Shown here piece after piece: positions 26,341-38,747 of a DNA stretch of 64,000 nt. The stretch spans positions 20,026,001 to 20,090,000 of the forward strand of contig NC_043006.1 of NCBI RefSeq assembly GCF_006345805.1, given 5' to 3'. This stretch comes from Octopus sinensis (Eukaryota). The notes beneath the pieces are model-generated. The model was not told the origin of the DNA, made no database searches, and saw nothing but the letters and a program-made list of their open reading frames with translations. Positions within the stretch are counted from its first letter, which is position 1, and every line of letters starts with the position of its first letter. Made by a program: the position numbers and the translations under genes.

Positions 26341-26570
26341 ATGGGAAAAAAAACAACAATTCAAAATAACACTAACAGTAACAATCAATCAAGCAAATAT
26401 TTAACACTATGACTTACGTCTAAAGCGACAAAAAACAACGCAAACATCCGCCAAGACAACATCAACGTCCTGGTTTCTTTTATTAGGCACAAGGCCTCTT
26501 ATGAATATGGAACAAAACAAAGACAGAGAAAACAATACAGTGGGGTACACAAAGCATATAACGGATGAAA

Positions 26571-26960
26571 TCTTTATATATAAAAGTGAAGTTGTGAGTC
26601 TGTCTCCTACGATTTAGATTCCTAACTACTCCCACATTTTGCGGTGCAGTTTAACCAAAAGCGGGTATCTTATAGTCGTGATTCATATCGAGCCCTTCTG
26701 GGTATTAGCGCGCGTCTACAATGAGTCTACGATTTAAAAAAAAATTTACCATCATTTTTTTCCATTTTCATGCATATTTTTTTAAAGGGAAGTAACTCTC
26801 TAAAAATGTCTACGATGAGTCAACGATTTAAAAAAAAATTTACCATCATTTTTTTCCATTTTTAATGCATTTGTTTGCTATTTTTTGGCTATAACTCTCT
26901 AAAAATGCTTATATAGTTATTTCCCTTACAAACCCGAGCAACGCCGGGCGATACTGCTAG
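26571..26960 (+). mobile_element. Non-autonomous Helitron (canonical ends)
   Basis: A|TC...CCCGAGCAACGCCGGG-CGATACTG-CTAG|T; no TSD. Confidence 0.9.
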
Positions 26961-27070
26961 TTATAAATAAATGATAAATGAGATGAAATGACTTACCTGT
27001 CCCACACAAGCAGTCAGTTCCATTTTACTTTTTATGTATCACACAGTTCTTTATTCTTTTTTCCCCATCA

Positions 27071-27522
27071 TTTATTATTAATCACGACAATTGGTTCGAC
27101 ACATCTAGCATCTAAAGTTTAACATTTTGTTGATCCCTTTTTCTGTAAAACAGGAAATTTTTCCATTTAAATTTCTTGTTTTTTAAGATTACCACGTTGA
27201 GGTGATTGTTGGTTTTTATAGGGGAAAGGCCACCACTGATTTTTAACGGTTATTTTCAATACTTTTCTCGCTGGATTACGTGTTCGTTTCTCTTTTTGTC
27301 TTCTGCAATTTTATTTTTGATCTTCTATATATATATGAAGATTTTTCCTCCATCTGGCAGTAAGTTACATTGTGGAACAGTCATTTTAACGAGTTGTTTT
27401 TATTTATTTATCACCCGACGTGATACATTTGCACCACCGGATGCTCCTGAACCAGTTGTTGAGTGTCCCACAAGAGGAATCGATGCTTGATGTGTCGAAA
27501 CAATTATCGTGATTAATAATAA
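27071..27522 (+). mobile_element. Penelope-like relic with an inverted terminal segment and a degenerate hammerhead
   Basis: 27071-27112 is an inverted copy of 27481-27522; hammerhead-like fold at 27410-27513. Confidence 0.5.
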
Positions 27523-27689
27523 ATTCTCGTATATTCCATCTGCTGTCTTTCATTTGTTACATACCTAACGATCACTCTGAAAGTGACCGTGTTTTACCAG
27601 TAAGCTACCAGGTGCAAACCATTCGTTTTATTATCCATTATATATATATAATCGTGACCCCCCACGAACTAAGGTGCGCAAGCGTATGT

Positions 27690-28350
27690 GTGTATGTGTG
27701 AATGGAGGCGAGTGAGTCTAATGCGCGCGTGTGTGTAACGTGTGTATGCGTGTGTGTTGTGTGTATGTGAAAATGATGTGTGTGAATGTGTATGTGTGAA
27801 TGGAGGCGAGTGAGTCTAATGCGTGTGTGTGTGTGTGTAACGTGTGTATGCGTGCGTGTTGTGTGTAGCAGTTGATGTGTCCTTGTTCAGGTGATGTGTG
27901 CACATGCGTGTGTGTGTGTGTGTGTTTGCCTGTATGTGTGTGTGTCTGTGACCAAATGTGCATGTGTATAGTGTATGTTTGTGGGCGAAAGTCATTTTGT
28001 CTATGCGTGTAGCGTGTGCTTATGTATGTTGTGTACGTGTGTATATATCGTCTGTGTTCAGGTATTATGTGCTTGTGTTGGTGTGGGAGTGTTTATGATG
28101 ATGTGTGGTGTGTGTACTGAGTTAAACAGTGTGTGTGGCCCGTATAGTGGTATCTGTGGTAATGCTATTGAAGATTGTGTGGGGGGTGGATGATGGTGTG
28201 TAGTGTGGGTGCTGAGAAGTGGTCGGTGCCAGTGTGTGTGGAGTGGGAAGGTGTTGTGGGTGTGTGAAGTAAGTGATGAGTTGAACAGTGTGTATGGGTA
28301 TTTGCACAGTGGTGTGTGTGTGGTGAGAGTACCGTGGTAGGCGGTATGCA
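27690..28350. repeat. GT-rich low-complexity tract
   Basis: Direct sequence. Confidence 0.85.
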
Positions 28351-28462
28351 GGTGTGTTATCATATAACGTTTTTTCAAACAATATTAATAGCTTTCAGTT
28401 AATCACTATACATATCCATCATTTTCTGTTAAAATGTCTTATTGACGAGTTTCACTTCTTCA

Positions 28463-28549
28463 CTTCCCTGAAGAGAAGATTACATTATTTTACCCCATTT
28501 TATTCCTTTGGAATAATATCAGTGATATCTTCGAAACATGTGTTGGAAG
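28463..28549 (+). ncRNA. Type I hammerhead ribozyme, canonical core
   Basis: CTTCC-CTGAAGA-GAAGAT..(46 nt)..ATCTTC-GAAAC-ATGT-GTT^GGAAG; stems I, II and III all pair. Confidence 0.75.
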
Positions 28550-28594
28550 GAAAAGAATTTGAATAACGCCTGCGTTAAACTCCATTTATTTATT

Positions 28595-28633
<39 letters not shown>

Positions 28634-28785
28634 TCAGTAAAAGCAATTAAGATTCAAGTGAGTTCCAATTAATTCACATGAATGCGGTACTTAACTTAGA
28701 TGCACCAGAAATCTATATAGTATTAACCATAAAGTAATGTGGGGTGATTATAAACAAGAAAAAAGCAACAAGAATGGATTACTTT

Positions 28786-28876
28786 TTTCAGTACAATTGT
28801 TTCATACGAAGAACAGCTTTATTAAAAGCTGCAAATATTGCAGCAAATACAAGTGTCCCGTACTCATCAGCCAAAA
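28786..28876 (-). ncRNA. Type I hammerhead ribozyme, canonical core, palindromic stem III
   Basis: TTTTGG-CTGATGA-GTACG..CGTAT-GAAAC-AATT-GTA^CTGAAA. Confidence 0.7.
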
Positions 28877-29309
28877 CACATGAGTTTTCCAAACATCCTA
28901 GGGGGTGAGGCTACACTCATGAAGTATCGAAGAGAGTTCTATAAAAAGCAAATTTAGGTTGTAAGCAGACTTCCAAAGTTCTCTAATGATGCACAGTTTT
29001 ATAAAAGGTTTTACGAAAGCTTGTTAGCTTCACAGAAAAGGTAAATCCATCCAGAGTAATGTAGGTGTAATTTCCGTAGAAATGAGGAGATATTTCATAC
29101 TCAGAGACGATGAATTTATCCATAATAAAGTGGGTATAATTTCCTGATATATGAGAAGATGCCGATCACACTTCTGTTCATTTCACAAAACTACTATGTT
29201 GGAATCATAATGGCTAAAAGAATTTAGTGGAGCAGAAAAAAACCGTTCAAATAGGGCATTATGGGACAAACTAAGAGCTCTTAGTTTGTCCCACAATGCC
29301 CTATATGTG

Positions 29310-29400
29310 TTTTGGCTGATAAGTACGGGACACTAGTATTTGCTGCAATATTTGCAGCTTTTAATAAAGCTGTTCTTCGTATGAAACAATTGTACTGAAA
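29310..29400 (+). ncRNA. Hammerhead copy with mutated core (CTGATAA)
   Basis: Inverted twin of 28786-28876 with a G8-to-A change. Confidence 0.55.
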
Positions 29401-29438
29401 AACTAATCCATTCTTGTTGCTTTTTTCTTGTGTGTATA

Positions 29439-29821
29439 TCTCTCTATATATAAACGGCAGTTTGTCTGTGTGTGTTTCTGTGTGTCTGTTAGGTTGTACC
29501 CTCACCCTGACCACGGCTTTCAACCGATTCTGATGAAACTTGATACACACATAGCCCAATGTCATAATTCAAAACTAACGCTGCGAAAATTTTGAAAAGT
29601 TCCCCCAGTTCTGAAAAAAATCGATAAATTCGACATGGGGTCGAGAATCAGAAACACAAACCACAGACTGTCTAGGGGACGCAACTCGGCCTTTTAACTC
29701 TCAAAAAAAATTTACCATCATTTTTTTTCCATTTTTTGGCTATTTTTTGGCTATAACTCTCTAAAAATGTTTTATAGTTATTTCCCTTACAAACCCGAGC
29801 AACGTCGGGTGATACTGCTAG
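29439..29821 (+). mobile_element. Non-autonomous Helitron with a different 5' half and the same 3' end
   Basis: A|TCTCTCTATATATAAACGGCAG...CCCGAGCAACGTCGGG-TGATACTG-CTAG|T. Confidence 0.85.
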
Positions 29822-29915
29822 TATATATATATATATATATATAAAGTTAATCCAAACAAGAAAACAAAAAAGACAACAACGCGAGGAGGTGGAGCAATTA
29901 AAGTATTATTAGGCG

Positions 29916-29972
<57 letters not shown>

Positions 29973-30975
29973 CATACATACATACATACATACATACATA
30001 CATACATACATACATAAACACATACATACATACATATATGTAATTATATGTATGTTTAGATAAAAATTGGTGTATACGCACACGCACACACACACACATA
30101 TATATATATGCATGTATGTATGTATCTACGTGTGTATACGTATGCGTATGTCTATATATTCATGCGCGTCTGTTATATGCGTGCGTGTGTGTGTGTGCGC
30201 ACGCGCATACGTGTAGGTGAGTGAGTGCTTCTATGTCCGAAATATTCATAGTGCAGCTTTAGATCCATCGGAGGATATATAGATGGTGATGTTGTATTCC
30301 AGCTAATGTGACTTTACTCAGAAGGCTGTAATATCACTTGACAGGAACACGGTAAAAAGAAATACATGGAACAAGGTGGTAATTTTAAATGTCTTTAGTG
30401 CTGGCCACACGTATGTATACACAAGCTGAATGATAAATGGAAGTGATTGATCGACATTTATTCATATATCTACATGCATCTGTGTGGGTTGTGTTTGCTG
30501 TAAACCCTGGTAAGAAGCTCACGAACAGCGATATGTTAGAACCAGTGCAGTGTTGTTGGTGTTGTGTAATGATGTCGTTGACGACGTTGGTGAGAGACAT
30601 GATGGTGGCGACGAAGATGGAGGTCGCTGTAAAGTGGTCAGTGGTTAGACCTTAGAAAGTCTTGAACCAACAGACTCAGAGACCAGGAGGTGAGTTTTTA
30701 TAGCTAACGGTAGGTTCAAAATAGTTTAGAACAGACTGTCTCACGTGCTTTATTTGGAGGCTGCGATTGGTTGGGTTGCATATCGGCGCGTGATAGAGTA
30801 AGAAACAAATTGCGCCAACACCAACTAATCAAAGTGGTAAAAACGACGGGGTCCAAAACAGGGTCCAAAGATTAGCTGTTACCTGCTACGTTCGTATGTA
30901 TGTGTATATAATAGAGAGAGGAAGTTCACTAGAGTTCGCTACAGTTGTATTCGTAATAACATCAAATGAAAGCTT

Positions 30976-31393
30976 GGATCTTTTCGGTTTGAACGGCAGT
31001 TTTTTCTAGCGGTGTCATATGAAATTGTCACCCATAATTATGACCCTAATATCGATCTATTGCATTGCAATCTGTTTTAGGGTTAGGGTTAGGGGTGGGG
31101 GGAGGGTATCTTTTTTCTTCACAAATGTAAATAAACCCAATCTGTTTCTTAAACGAGGGACATATTCATACGGCACAGAATGTTTTCTTTTACCTCAATA
31201 CACGTCAGTGATTGGTTGAAATTGCAGAAATTGAAGAAAAAAACAACAAATATCTTACAAACTATAGAATTTTCTCAATAAAGCCAAGAGAAAAAGATAT
31301 TTTATAAACACATTCTACCAGTATACGAAGTTTAAAATTTTTTTAGTTACCTAGAAATTATGTTAAAAACTGCCGTTCAAACCGAAAAGATCC
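30976..31393. mobile_element. GGATC-TIR MITE (same family as 4332-4741)
   Basis: TIRs and body match; TSD imperfect. Confidence 0.85.
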
Positions 31394-31779
31394 AACCGAA
31401 AGCTTGACAAGTGACAGGTTTCTTCAAATAATGCAACTTCTCACTCACACATTTAATCAAAAACATCAACAGCCTACGTGCTTGACTGTTCTATAATTGG
31501 AATCGTCATCTCTTATTGATTGGGTTTTTTTTTCCCCGTTGAGAACAGAAGGTTCTTATTTCATAAACACTGTTTCCGTGTGAACTGAGATCTATTTTTA
31601 TATTAGGAGAAATTGTAATATTGAATTTCATCGATGAGGATTTATTATTCCCGTACATCACTGCCGTATCGCTTAATTTTGTGATTATTTTGTGATTGAA
31701 GTGGGGGATGACGTAAAACGTAAAATAGAAACAAAACAAAATATCCATTACTGTTTGTTATGTACATATTGGCGATAAA

Positions 31780-32137
31780 GGCAGCGTTCAGACACATGCG
31801 TATATACACATATAGAAATATACGTGCACACGTGCACACACAAACACAAACACATACACACATACATACATACATACATACACACATACATGCATATATA
31901 CACACATTCATACGTACATACATACATACATACATACATACATACATACATACATACATGCATGCATACATACATACATACATGCATGCATGCATACATA
32001 CATCATACATAAACATACATACATACATACATACATACATACATACATACATACATACATACATACATACATACATACATGCATGCATACATACATACAT
32101 ACATACATGCATACATACATACAGACATACATGCTTG

Positions 32138-32169
<32 letters not shown>

Positions 32170-32566
32170 CATACACACATACATACACACATACATACAC
32201 ACATAAATACATACATAAATACATACATACACACACACACATACATACATACATACATACATACATACATACATACACACACACATACATGATACATACA
32301 TACATACATATATGCATACATACATACACACATACACACATATATACACACATACATACATACATACATACATACATACATACACACACACATACATACA
32401 CACACACACATACATAATACATACATACACACACATACATAATACATACATACATACATACATACATGCATACATACATACATACATACATGCATGCATA
32501 CATACATACATACATACATACATACATACATACATACATACATACATACATACATACATACATACA
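31780..32566. repeat. Long (TACA)n-type microsatellite
   Basis: Direct sequence. Confidence 0.95.
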
Positions 32567-32790
32567 CTACGACTTAAAACGGTTAGATTCGAAAAGAAAA
32601 TCGTCTGGTACTTGCCATTTTAATGGAAATTTTGTTTTCAATACAGAACACATATTGTTAGGTTTGTACCACCCCCTTGGAACTCAACTGCCCTCTAGCT
32701 GAAAAATATAGAATACTTCATGAGTAATATAAACGTCCTAAACTCAGTGGCAGCGTTAATTTAATTTGTTAAACTGATCTTTATTAACAT

Positions 32791-33899
32791 TGTTACGAGG
32801 GGGGACCTCCGATTCGAACTGTTACGGAATCCCTCACACAGGCCCGTTCGATGCAGCGAATATTTTCGCCACGGAAACTCGTCGGAGAGGAGAGAGAGAG
32901 ACAACAACTACAGCAGCAGCAGCAGCAGCTCAGAGGCAATCGAGAGAGACACAAAGAGGCAAGGCAACTGGCTTACATTTAACAACCAGTTTATATGACA
33001 ATCAATTGTTACAACATCAATTACATTTCAGATACATCAAAGCATTTAAACATGCAAGTAACAACACATCAAATTCAATACATCATACAGGTATACCACA
33101 GATCAAAGCATTTAAACATGCAGATACAATATAACAGTCCGGTAACAACACATCAAGTTCAATAACAACAGCATTTCAAGAGTACATGTCCGGAGACACA
33201 GTTCTGTTTCTAAACACATTAAAGGCATATACAGTTCGAAGGACATTAAAGGCCTAACAGTTGAATGTTCATTATACAATGTTCAAATCACAACACTGTA
33301 CACAATGTCCTTACACATTTCACATTGTTCTTTTCACTGTCTCATTTCTTTTCAACATTTCGATACATCGATTCCTTTTCCTTCTTTTTCTTCACATATC
33401 AATACACAATTCACGTACCTTACATTAGCCAACGCCTCATATTGTACCTCATCTCTCTCAGTACTGCTAGCTCCAACTTGCCAAACTCTTGCCCCGAATT
33501 CCCAAATCCTCGCTCCTAAAATCCCAACCGCTCGCTTTGACGACCGAATACCGACTCAAAAACCTCTTGCTCTCTCACCACCCTCAATCTCCCCCAGCAC
33601 TGCTAATATTCTCTCTATTGCCGCTTGGCCCTATGTCCCTATCTTCATCGACGCTGTCACTGTCATTCTCTCTCCTAGTTCTCAGATTCCTTAATCTGTC
33701 TTTCTCACTACTTTCTTCTTCCTCTTCTTCACTGTCACTAGATTCTTCCTTACTCTAAGGGGTGTTTAGAACGAACTCTAGTTCACCCGAAAGGGGTCGC
33801 AGGTCTACCCAGAACCGATCAATCCACCTGAATCTGACAGAACAATGGGTTTATCCCAAAAGTAGGTCGCCAGCTCTGTCCTTAAGTTGAACCACAACA
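32791..33899 (-). mobile_element. Possible solo LTR (~1.1 kb)
   Basis: TGTTGTG...CGTAACA ends on the minus strand; non-coding; no matching TSD found. Confidence 0.35.
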
Positions 33900-34049
33900 A
33901 TATATATCGAATTATTCATTACAAGATTTATGCAGATATAAGAATTAGACTTGTGATCCGCCCACGGACATTTTTCTTTGGAAAATTTTGCCCGCTACAG
34001 TAAAAAGTTTCCCCACCCATGCTCTACAGGAATGGGTTCCGCCATACCA

Positions 34050-34320
34050 CCACGAATATTAACCCACTACTGCAGCGATCCTATCATGAAATGATTTGAT
34101 TGTTGATACAAAGTGATCCGGACGTCCAAGTTGGCCAAATATTTTCCATAGGGAAGCCCTACGCACAGTATCAAAGGCCTTGGTTAAATGAATGAATACC
34201 TAGACAAGATCCATATTCTGCTTATGGCACTTCTCTTGCAGCCGTCTCGCTGTGAAAATCATATCCATTGTTCCTCTTCCAGATCGGAAACACACTGAGA
34301 TTCAGATAGGACATCATTTA
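34050..34320 (-). pseudogene. RTE-clade (BovB-like) RT fragment
   Basis: PESQCVFRSGRGTMDMIFTARRLQEKCHKQN...VFIHLTKAFDTV. Confidence 0.85.
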
Positions 34321-34658
34321 CAAGAATAACTGCGCTTATTGCCTAAAAGTTAGTTACAATTGTTTAATAAACTTCAATAAAACGAATCTTACGTCATGCC
34401 ATTGCCATGTCATTTTCATTGGGATATGTTTACGTGTATGTGTGTGGGGTAGGTGGAGTGACTATCATTGTTGTCTAAGCCCCTACAGACGTCGCAGAGA
34501 ACACAGTCAAGGCTGACTTATACGACCAGCACCTACCTACACCACTACAACAGCAACAAGTGAGCAAAGCGTTTTTTAGCCTGAGGATTACGTAATGGCA
34601 CCAGACGTGTTATAAAATGCTGAGTGTTTTCATCGCATGAAACTATTATATATATTGA

Positions 34659-35034
34659 CTCGCAGTATCGCCCGGTGTTGCTCGGGTTTGTAAGGGAAAT
34701 AACTATATAAGCATTTTTAGAGAGTTATAGCCAAGAAATAGCAAAAAAATGATGGTAATTTTTTTTTTAATCGTTGACTCATCGTAGACATTTTTAGAGA
34801 GTTACTTTCCTTATATAATAGCGAAAAAAATGCATTAAAATGGAAAAAAATGATGGTAAATTATTTTTTAAATCGTAGACTCATCGTAGACGCGCGCTAA
34901 TACCCAGAAGGGCTCGATATGAATCACGACTATAAGATACCCGGTTTTGGTTAAACTGCACCGCAAAATGTGGGAGTAGTTAGGAATCTAAATCGTAGGA
35001 GACAGACACACAACTTCACTTTTATATATAAAGA
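34659..35034 (-). mobile_element. Non-autonomous Helitron
   Basis: Same family as 26571-26960. Confidence 0.85.
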
Positions 35035-35818
35035 TATTCTTGTATATCCTTCTCTTGCGAAGATTGGTGGTCGATTGTTGGATGAAAAGCCTTATAAAAT
35101 TTTGTTACAACTTTTACTGGTGTTTTTAAGTTCAAATACCATGGAGGTCATCTACATCTTTCCAGGGACGATAAAAATAATGTTTCATTCCATACCAGAA
35201 ATCAATATTTTATTTTGTGGTGTTTTTTTTTGTTTGTTTCTTTCTTTTTAATTCAAAGCATATTTTGTTCCCCCCACCATTACAGGTGCCTGTAATGCGG
35301 GACAAAATTGTTTTCGAATCTAAGGAGAAATTGTTCCCTCTCAAAAATACAAGGATTCCGGGTATGTTTTCCCTGGCCGCTCACTGAGGAACCTGAATAA
35401 AAATTATCACGGATCCCTTTTTTTTGGTACAGGGTCTAGGTCCTGTTTCCTGAACCACCACCATCACCAATGCCATCATCCTATGGGGCTGCAGTTGGCT
35501 AAATGGGCAAGTGCAAATAGAGTGAGAGAAGCAAATCTCAAGCTGAAGAGTCAATGGTTCGCATCTCGTCCGCGGTGCTGCAGGATGTCAGCGACTAAAA
35601 CAAGGAGAGCGCTTCAACTGGAAAAAAAAACAGAACAAGCAAATTTCCCTCAAATTACAGCCAACCACTTTAAATAAAGGATGGGGACACTGAACAATGT
35701 AGATCCTTAATGTAATATACAAGAGAGAGAGAGAGAGACATAGAGCGAGAAACGGAAAGATTATGACACGAATCATTTTGGTCGTAGCGAGCCGGCGAGG
35801 GGACATATAAATAATCAA

Positions 35819-36987
35819 CTGGGCGGCGAGCTGGCAGAGTGGTTAGCACGCCGGGTGAAATGCTTAGCGGTATTTCGTCTGCCGCCACGTTCTGAGTTCA
35901 AATTCCGCCGAGGTCGACTTTGCCTTTCATCCTTTCGGGGTCGATAAATTAAGTACCAGTTACGAACTGGGGTCGATATAATCGACTTAATACCTATGTC
36001 TGTCCTTGTTTGTCTCCCTCTGTGTTTAGCCCCTTGTGGGTAATAAAGAAATAGGTATTTCGTCTGCCGCCACGTTCTGAGTTCAAATTCCGCCGAGGTC
36101 GACTTTGCCTTTCATCCTTTCGGGGTCGATAAATTAAGTACCAGTTACGAACTGGGGTCGATATAATCGACTTAATACCTATGTCTGTCCTTGTTTGTTC
36201 CCTCTGTGTTTAGCCCCTTGTGGGTAATAAAGAAATAGGTATTTCGTCTGCCGCCACGTTCTGAGTTCAAATTCCGCCGAGGTCGACTTTGCCTTTCATC
36301 CTTTCGGGGGTCGATAAATTAAGTACCAGTTACGAACTGGGGTCGATATAATCGACTTAATACCTATGTCTGTCCTTGTTTGTCTCCTCTGTGTTTAGCC
36401 CCTTGTGGGTATTGTGGGTAATAAAGAAATAGGTATTTCGTCTGCCGCCACGTTCTGAGTTCAAATTCCGCCGAGGTCGACTTTGCCTTTCATCCTTTCG
36501 GGGTCGATAAATTAAGTACCAGTTACGAACTGGGGTCGATATAATCGACTTAATACCTATGTCTGTCCTTGTTTGTTCCCTCTGTGTTTAGCCCCTTGTG
36601 GGTATTGTGGGTAATAAAGAAATAGGTATTTCGTCTGCCGCCACGTTCTGAGTTCAAATTCCGCCGAGGTCGACTTTGCCTTTCATCCTTTCGGGTTCGA
36701 TAAATTAAGTACCAGTTACGAACTGGGGTCGATATAATCGACTTAATACCTATGTCTGTCCTTGTTTGTTCCCTCTGTGTTTAGCCCCTTGTGGGTAGTA
36801 AAGAAATAGGTATTTCGTCTGCCGCCACGTTCTGAGTTCAAATTCCGCCGAGGTCGACTTTGCCTTTCATCCTTTCGGGATCGATTAAATAAGTACCAGT
36901 TTCGCACTGGGGTCGTTGTAATCGACTTAATACCTATGTCTGTCTTTGTTTGTCCCATGTTTAGCCCCTTGTGGGTAGTAAAGAAAT
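35819..36987 (+). mobile_element. SINE B hexamer (one head, six ~185-195-bp bodies)
   Basis: 14-bp TSD ATATAAATAATCAA at 35805-35818 and 36988-37001. Confidence 0.9.
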
Positions 36988-37151
36988 ATATAAATAATCA
37001 ATTGGCCTACCAGAAATGATAGCCAAATCTCCTCAAATAACAACAAAAAGGAAACTCATACTAGATAAACTTGTTCTAGATTTTTTTGTTTGTTTTTTTT
37101 TGTTTTTTCCAGTTTCAGCTCTTGAGCTGTGGCCATGCTGGGGCACCGCCA

Positions 37152-37317
37152 TTGTGGTGAAAGAGTACAGCAGGGATCACCACCCCCTGCCGGAGCCTCG
37201 TAGAGCTTTTAGGTGTTTTCGCTCAATAAACACACACAACGCCCAGTCTGAGAATCGAAACCGCGATCCTGCGACCGCGAGTCCGCTGCCCTAACCACTA
37301 GGCCATTGCGCCTCTAC
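37152..37317 (-). mobile_element. SINE A, 5' half
   Basis: Match to family A. Confidence 0.75.
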
Positions 37318-37399
37318 ATAGATATCTATGTCTGAATAAAAAACAAACAGGATTGTCACGGCGGGAACACGTTTCTTCATAGATCGAAGTATTCTGAGG

Positions 37400-37570
37400 A
37401 GGCTCTTTCATTAGTAGCAGCTGTGTTGGTAGTGGTATTGGTGTGGTGTTGGCGGTTGTGCTTTTAGTGTTGTTGTTGGTAGTGGTGGTGGTGGTGGTGG
37501 TGGTGTGGTACTGACATTGGTAGTAATAGTTTTGGTGGTGGTGGTGTCTATCATAACGGTATTTTGGTTG

Positions 37571-37602
<32 letters not shown>

Positions 37603-38230
37603 GGTGGTGGTGCTGTTGTTATTGTTGTTGTTGGTTGTGCTGTTATTGTTGTTGTTCTTGTTGTTGGTGGTGGTGGTGGTGGTGGTGATGGTGGTAGGGG
37701 TGCTGTTGTTATTATTGTTGTTTTGTTGTTGTTCTTGTTGGTGGTGGTGGTGGTGTTGGAGGTGGTGGTAGGGGTGCTGTTGTTATTGTTGTTGTTTTGT
37801 TGTTGTTCTTGTTGGTGGTGGTGGTGTTGGAGGTGGTGGTAGGGGTGCTGTTGTTATTGTTGTTGTTTTGTTGTTGTTCTTGTTGTTGGTGGTGTGGTGG
37901 TGGTGGTGGTGGTGGTGGTGGTGGTGGTGCTGTTGTTATTGTTGTTGTTTTGTTGTTGTTCTTGTTGGTGGTGGTGGTGGTGATGGTGGTGGAGGTGCTG
38001 TTGTTATTGTTGTTGGTGGTGGTGGTGGTGGTGCTGCTGCTATTGTTGTTGTTTTGTTGTTGGTGGTAGTGGTGATGGTGGTGGTGGTGGTGGTGGTGGT
38101 GGTGCTGCTGCTGCCGCTGCTGCTGCTGCTGTTGTCATTGTTCTTGTTTTGTTGTTGTTGTTGGTGGTGGTGGTGGTCTTGATGTTCTTTGCGGTGGTGT
38201 TGGTGTTGGTGGTAGTGGTAGTGGTGCTAT
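37400..38230. repeat. Compound (GGT)n/(GTT)n microsatellite
   Basis: Direct sequence. Confidence 0.9.
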
Positions 38231-38540
38231 TACTACCACACTGTCTGTAAGAACAGTACTACATGACTCACTTTCTGATTACCCAGTATTTTCATCAACT
38301 CACTTGACAATTACTTTTTTTTTATGTACTTAACTTGTGTGTGTGTGTGTATGTGAATATTCACATGTATGTATGTATGTATATGTGTGTGTGTGTGTAC
38401 GTTCTCTATGTATATATATATATATGTGTGTGTGTATAGATGTGTGTATATATTTATGTGTATATATGTATGTGTATATAATATGTGTATATATGTATAT
38501 AATGTATATGTGTGCGTATACATATGTATGTGTATGTATG

Positions 38541-38600
<60 letters not shown>

Positions 38601-38711
38601 GTACGTGTGAGTACACATTGCGCTCTCTTTCCTTCTCTCCCTCTTTTCATGCCCTTATTCTTCTAAAAGCATTCTTGACCATTGTGTAACGGGGCTGGTA
38701 AAATCGTATAC

Positions 38712-38747
<36 letters not shown>

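Larger units (their letters stand above)
28755..29430 (+). mobile_element. Penelope-like relic with inverted pseudo-LTRs
   Basis: ~125-bp inverted arms at 28755-28881 and 29305-29430; fold-back junction at 29251-29304; weak GII...C...YYVG...KRI GIY-YIG-like translation. Confidence 0.55.

Noticed and set aside
30680-30900. Promoter-like stretch (ATTGG, GC-richer)
   Set aside because: Short motifs are expected by chance and no linked exon was identified
31506-31748. 80-aa minus-strand ORF in unique sequence
   Set aside because: No clear splice sites or homology
31645-32623. Long ORFs such as MYVC/HTYI repeats (also ER, VVV, SSS and HHR types elsewhere)
   Set aside because: Translations of stop-free microsatellites
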